5,986 nt of DNA from Octopus sinensis. Taxonomy: Eukaryota. Shown piece by piece: positions 5,561 through 5,986 of this stretch (positions are counted from its first letter, which is position 1; each line of letters starts with the position of its first letter). The stretch lies in contig NW_021829561.1 in NCBI RefSeq assembly GCF_006345805.1, forward strand, positions 1 to 5,986, written 5' to 3'. The notes under the pieces were generated by a model. That model was not told the DNA's origin and did no database searches. It worked only from the letters and a program-made list of their open reading frames with translations. The translations under genes were made by a program, and so were the position numbers.

Positions 5561-5986
5561 TCATTCATTGGACAATAAACTTTGCTTGCTAAGACCTACT
5601 GAGGCAAGTGAAATCAAATCAAAATCGCTGACGTGGCCGATGACAGTACCATCTGATTGGCACTCATGCCAGTGGAATGTTAAAAGCACATCCAAGCAAG
5701 ATCATTGCCAGGGCCACAAATTGGTTCCCATGCTGGTGGCACACAAATAGCACCATTCAAGCATGATTGTTACCAGTGTAGCTTTACCATAACATGTGCT
5801 GGTGGCACGTGAAAAACAACATTCAAGCGTGGTCATTGCTAGTGCCGCCAGACTGGCTCCCATGCAGGTGACATGTCAAAAACACCTTTTGAGCATGGCC
5901 GTTGCCAGAACCACCTTACCGGCCATTGTGCCATTGGCACGTAAAAGCACCCACTACACTCTTGGAGTGGTTGGCGTTAGGAAGGG
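5561..5986 (+). mobile_element. RTE LINE family copy C: older, 5'-truncated 3' UTR running off the window
   Basis: TCATTGGACAATAAACTTTGCTTGCTAAGACCTACTGAGGCAAGTGAAAT aligns to the reverse complement of about 3400-3450. The end GGCACGTAAAAGCACCCACTACACTCTTGGAGTGGTTGGCGTTAGGAAGGG matches 2763-2814. Confidence 0.9.
5638..5950 (+). repeat. 64-66 bp tandem repeat in the 3' UTR of copy C (4 full units plus 1 partial)
   Basis: Units end in AAAAGCAC-like motifs at 5689, 5753, 5819, 5885 and 5950 (spacings 64, 66, 66, 65). Confidence 0.9.

Noticed and set aside
5457-5750. ORF 5457-5750
   Set aside because: It is a (TA)n translation fused to LINE 3' UTR sequence.
5638-5950. 65-66 bp periodic repeats (also 3138-3392) as a CRISPR array
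   Set aside because: Whole units are homologous and divergent with no unique spacers, there are no cas genes, and they sit in a eukaryotic LINE UTR.

Overview
AT-rich, microsatellite-dense animal genomic DNA; the repeat families and the cox2 peptide suggest a cephalopod such as octopus (inference from recollection, not a search). No intact protein-coding gene can be supported. From left to right: a mitochondrial cox2 fragment (probable NUMT, 1-71, cut by the window edge), a possible very decayed LINE endonuclease remnant, an unexplained permuted inverted duplication among microsatellites (1160-1700), a decayed mariner transposase 3' half (minus strand), a Tigger/pogo fragment (plus strand), and three copies of one RTE-clade LINE family. 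The RTE copies are a short young 3' end (2741-2948, +), a 2.16 kb 5'-truncated RT-bearing copy (2967-5130, -) and an older 3' UTR copy running off the window (5561-5986, +). The most notable signal is a C4HC3 PHD-type zinc finger inside the RT region of the LINE. Also notable are a 65-66 bp stem-loop tandem repeat of variable copy number in the LINE 3' UTR, a tail-to-tail inverted LINE pair, and a reiterated 5' junction. Almost all ORFs in the supplied track are spurious microsatellite, antisense or UTR frames.
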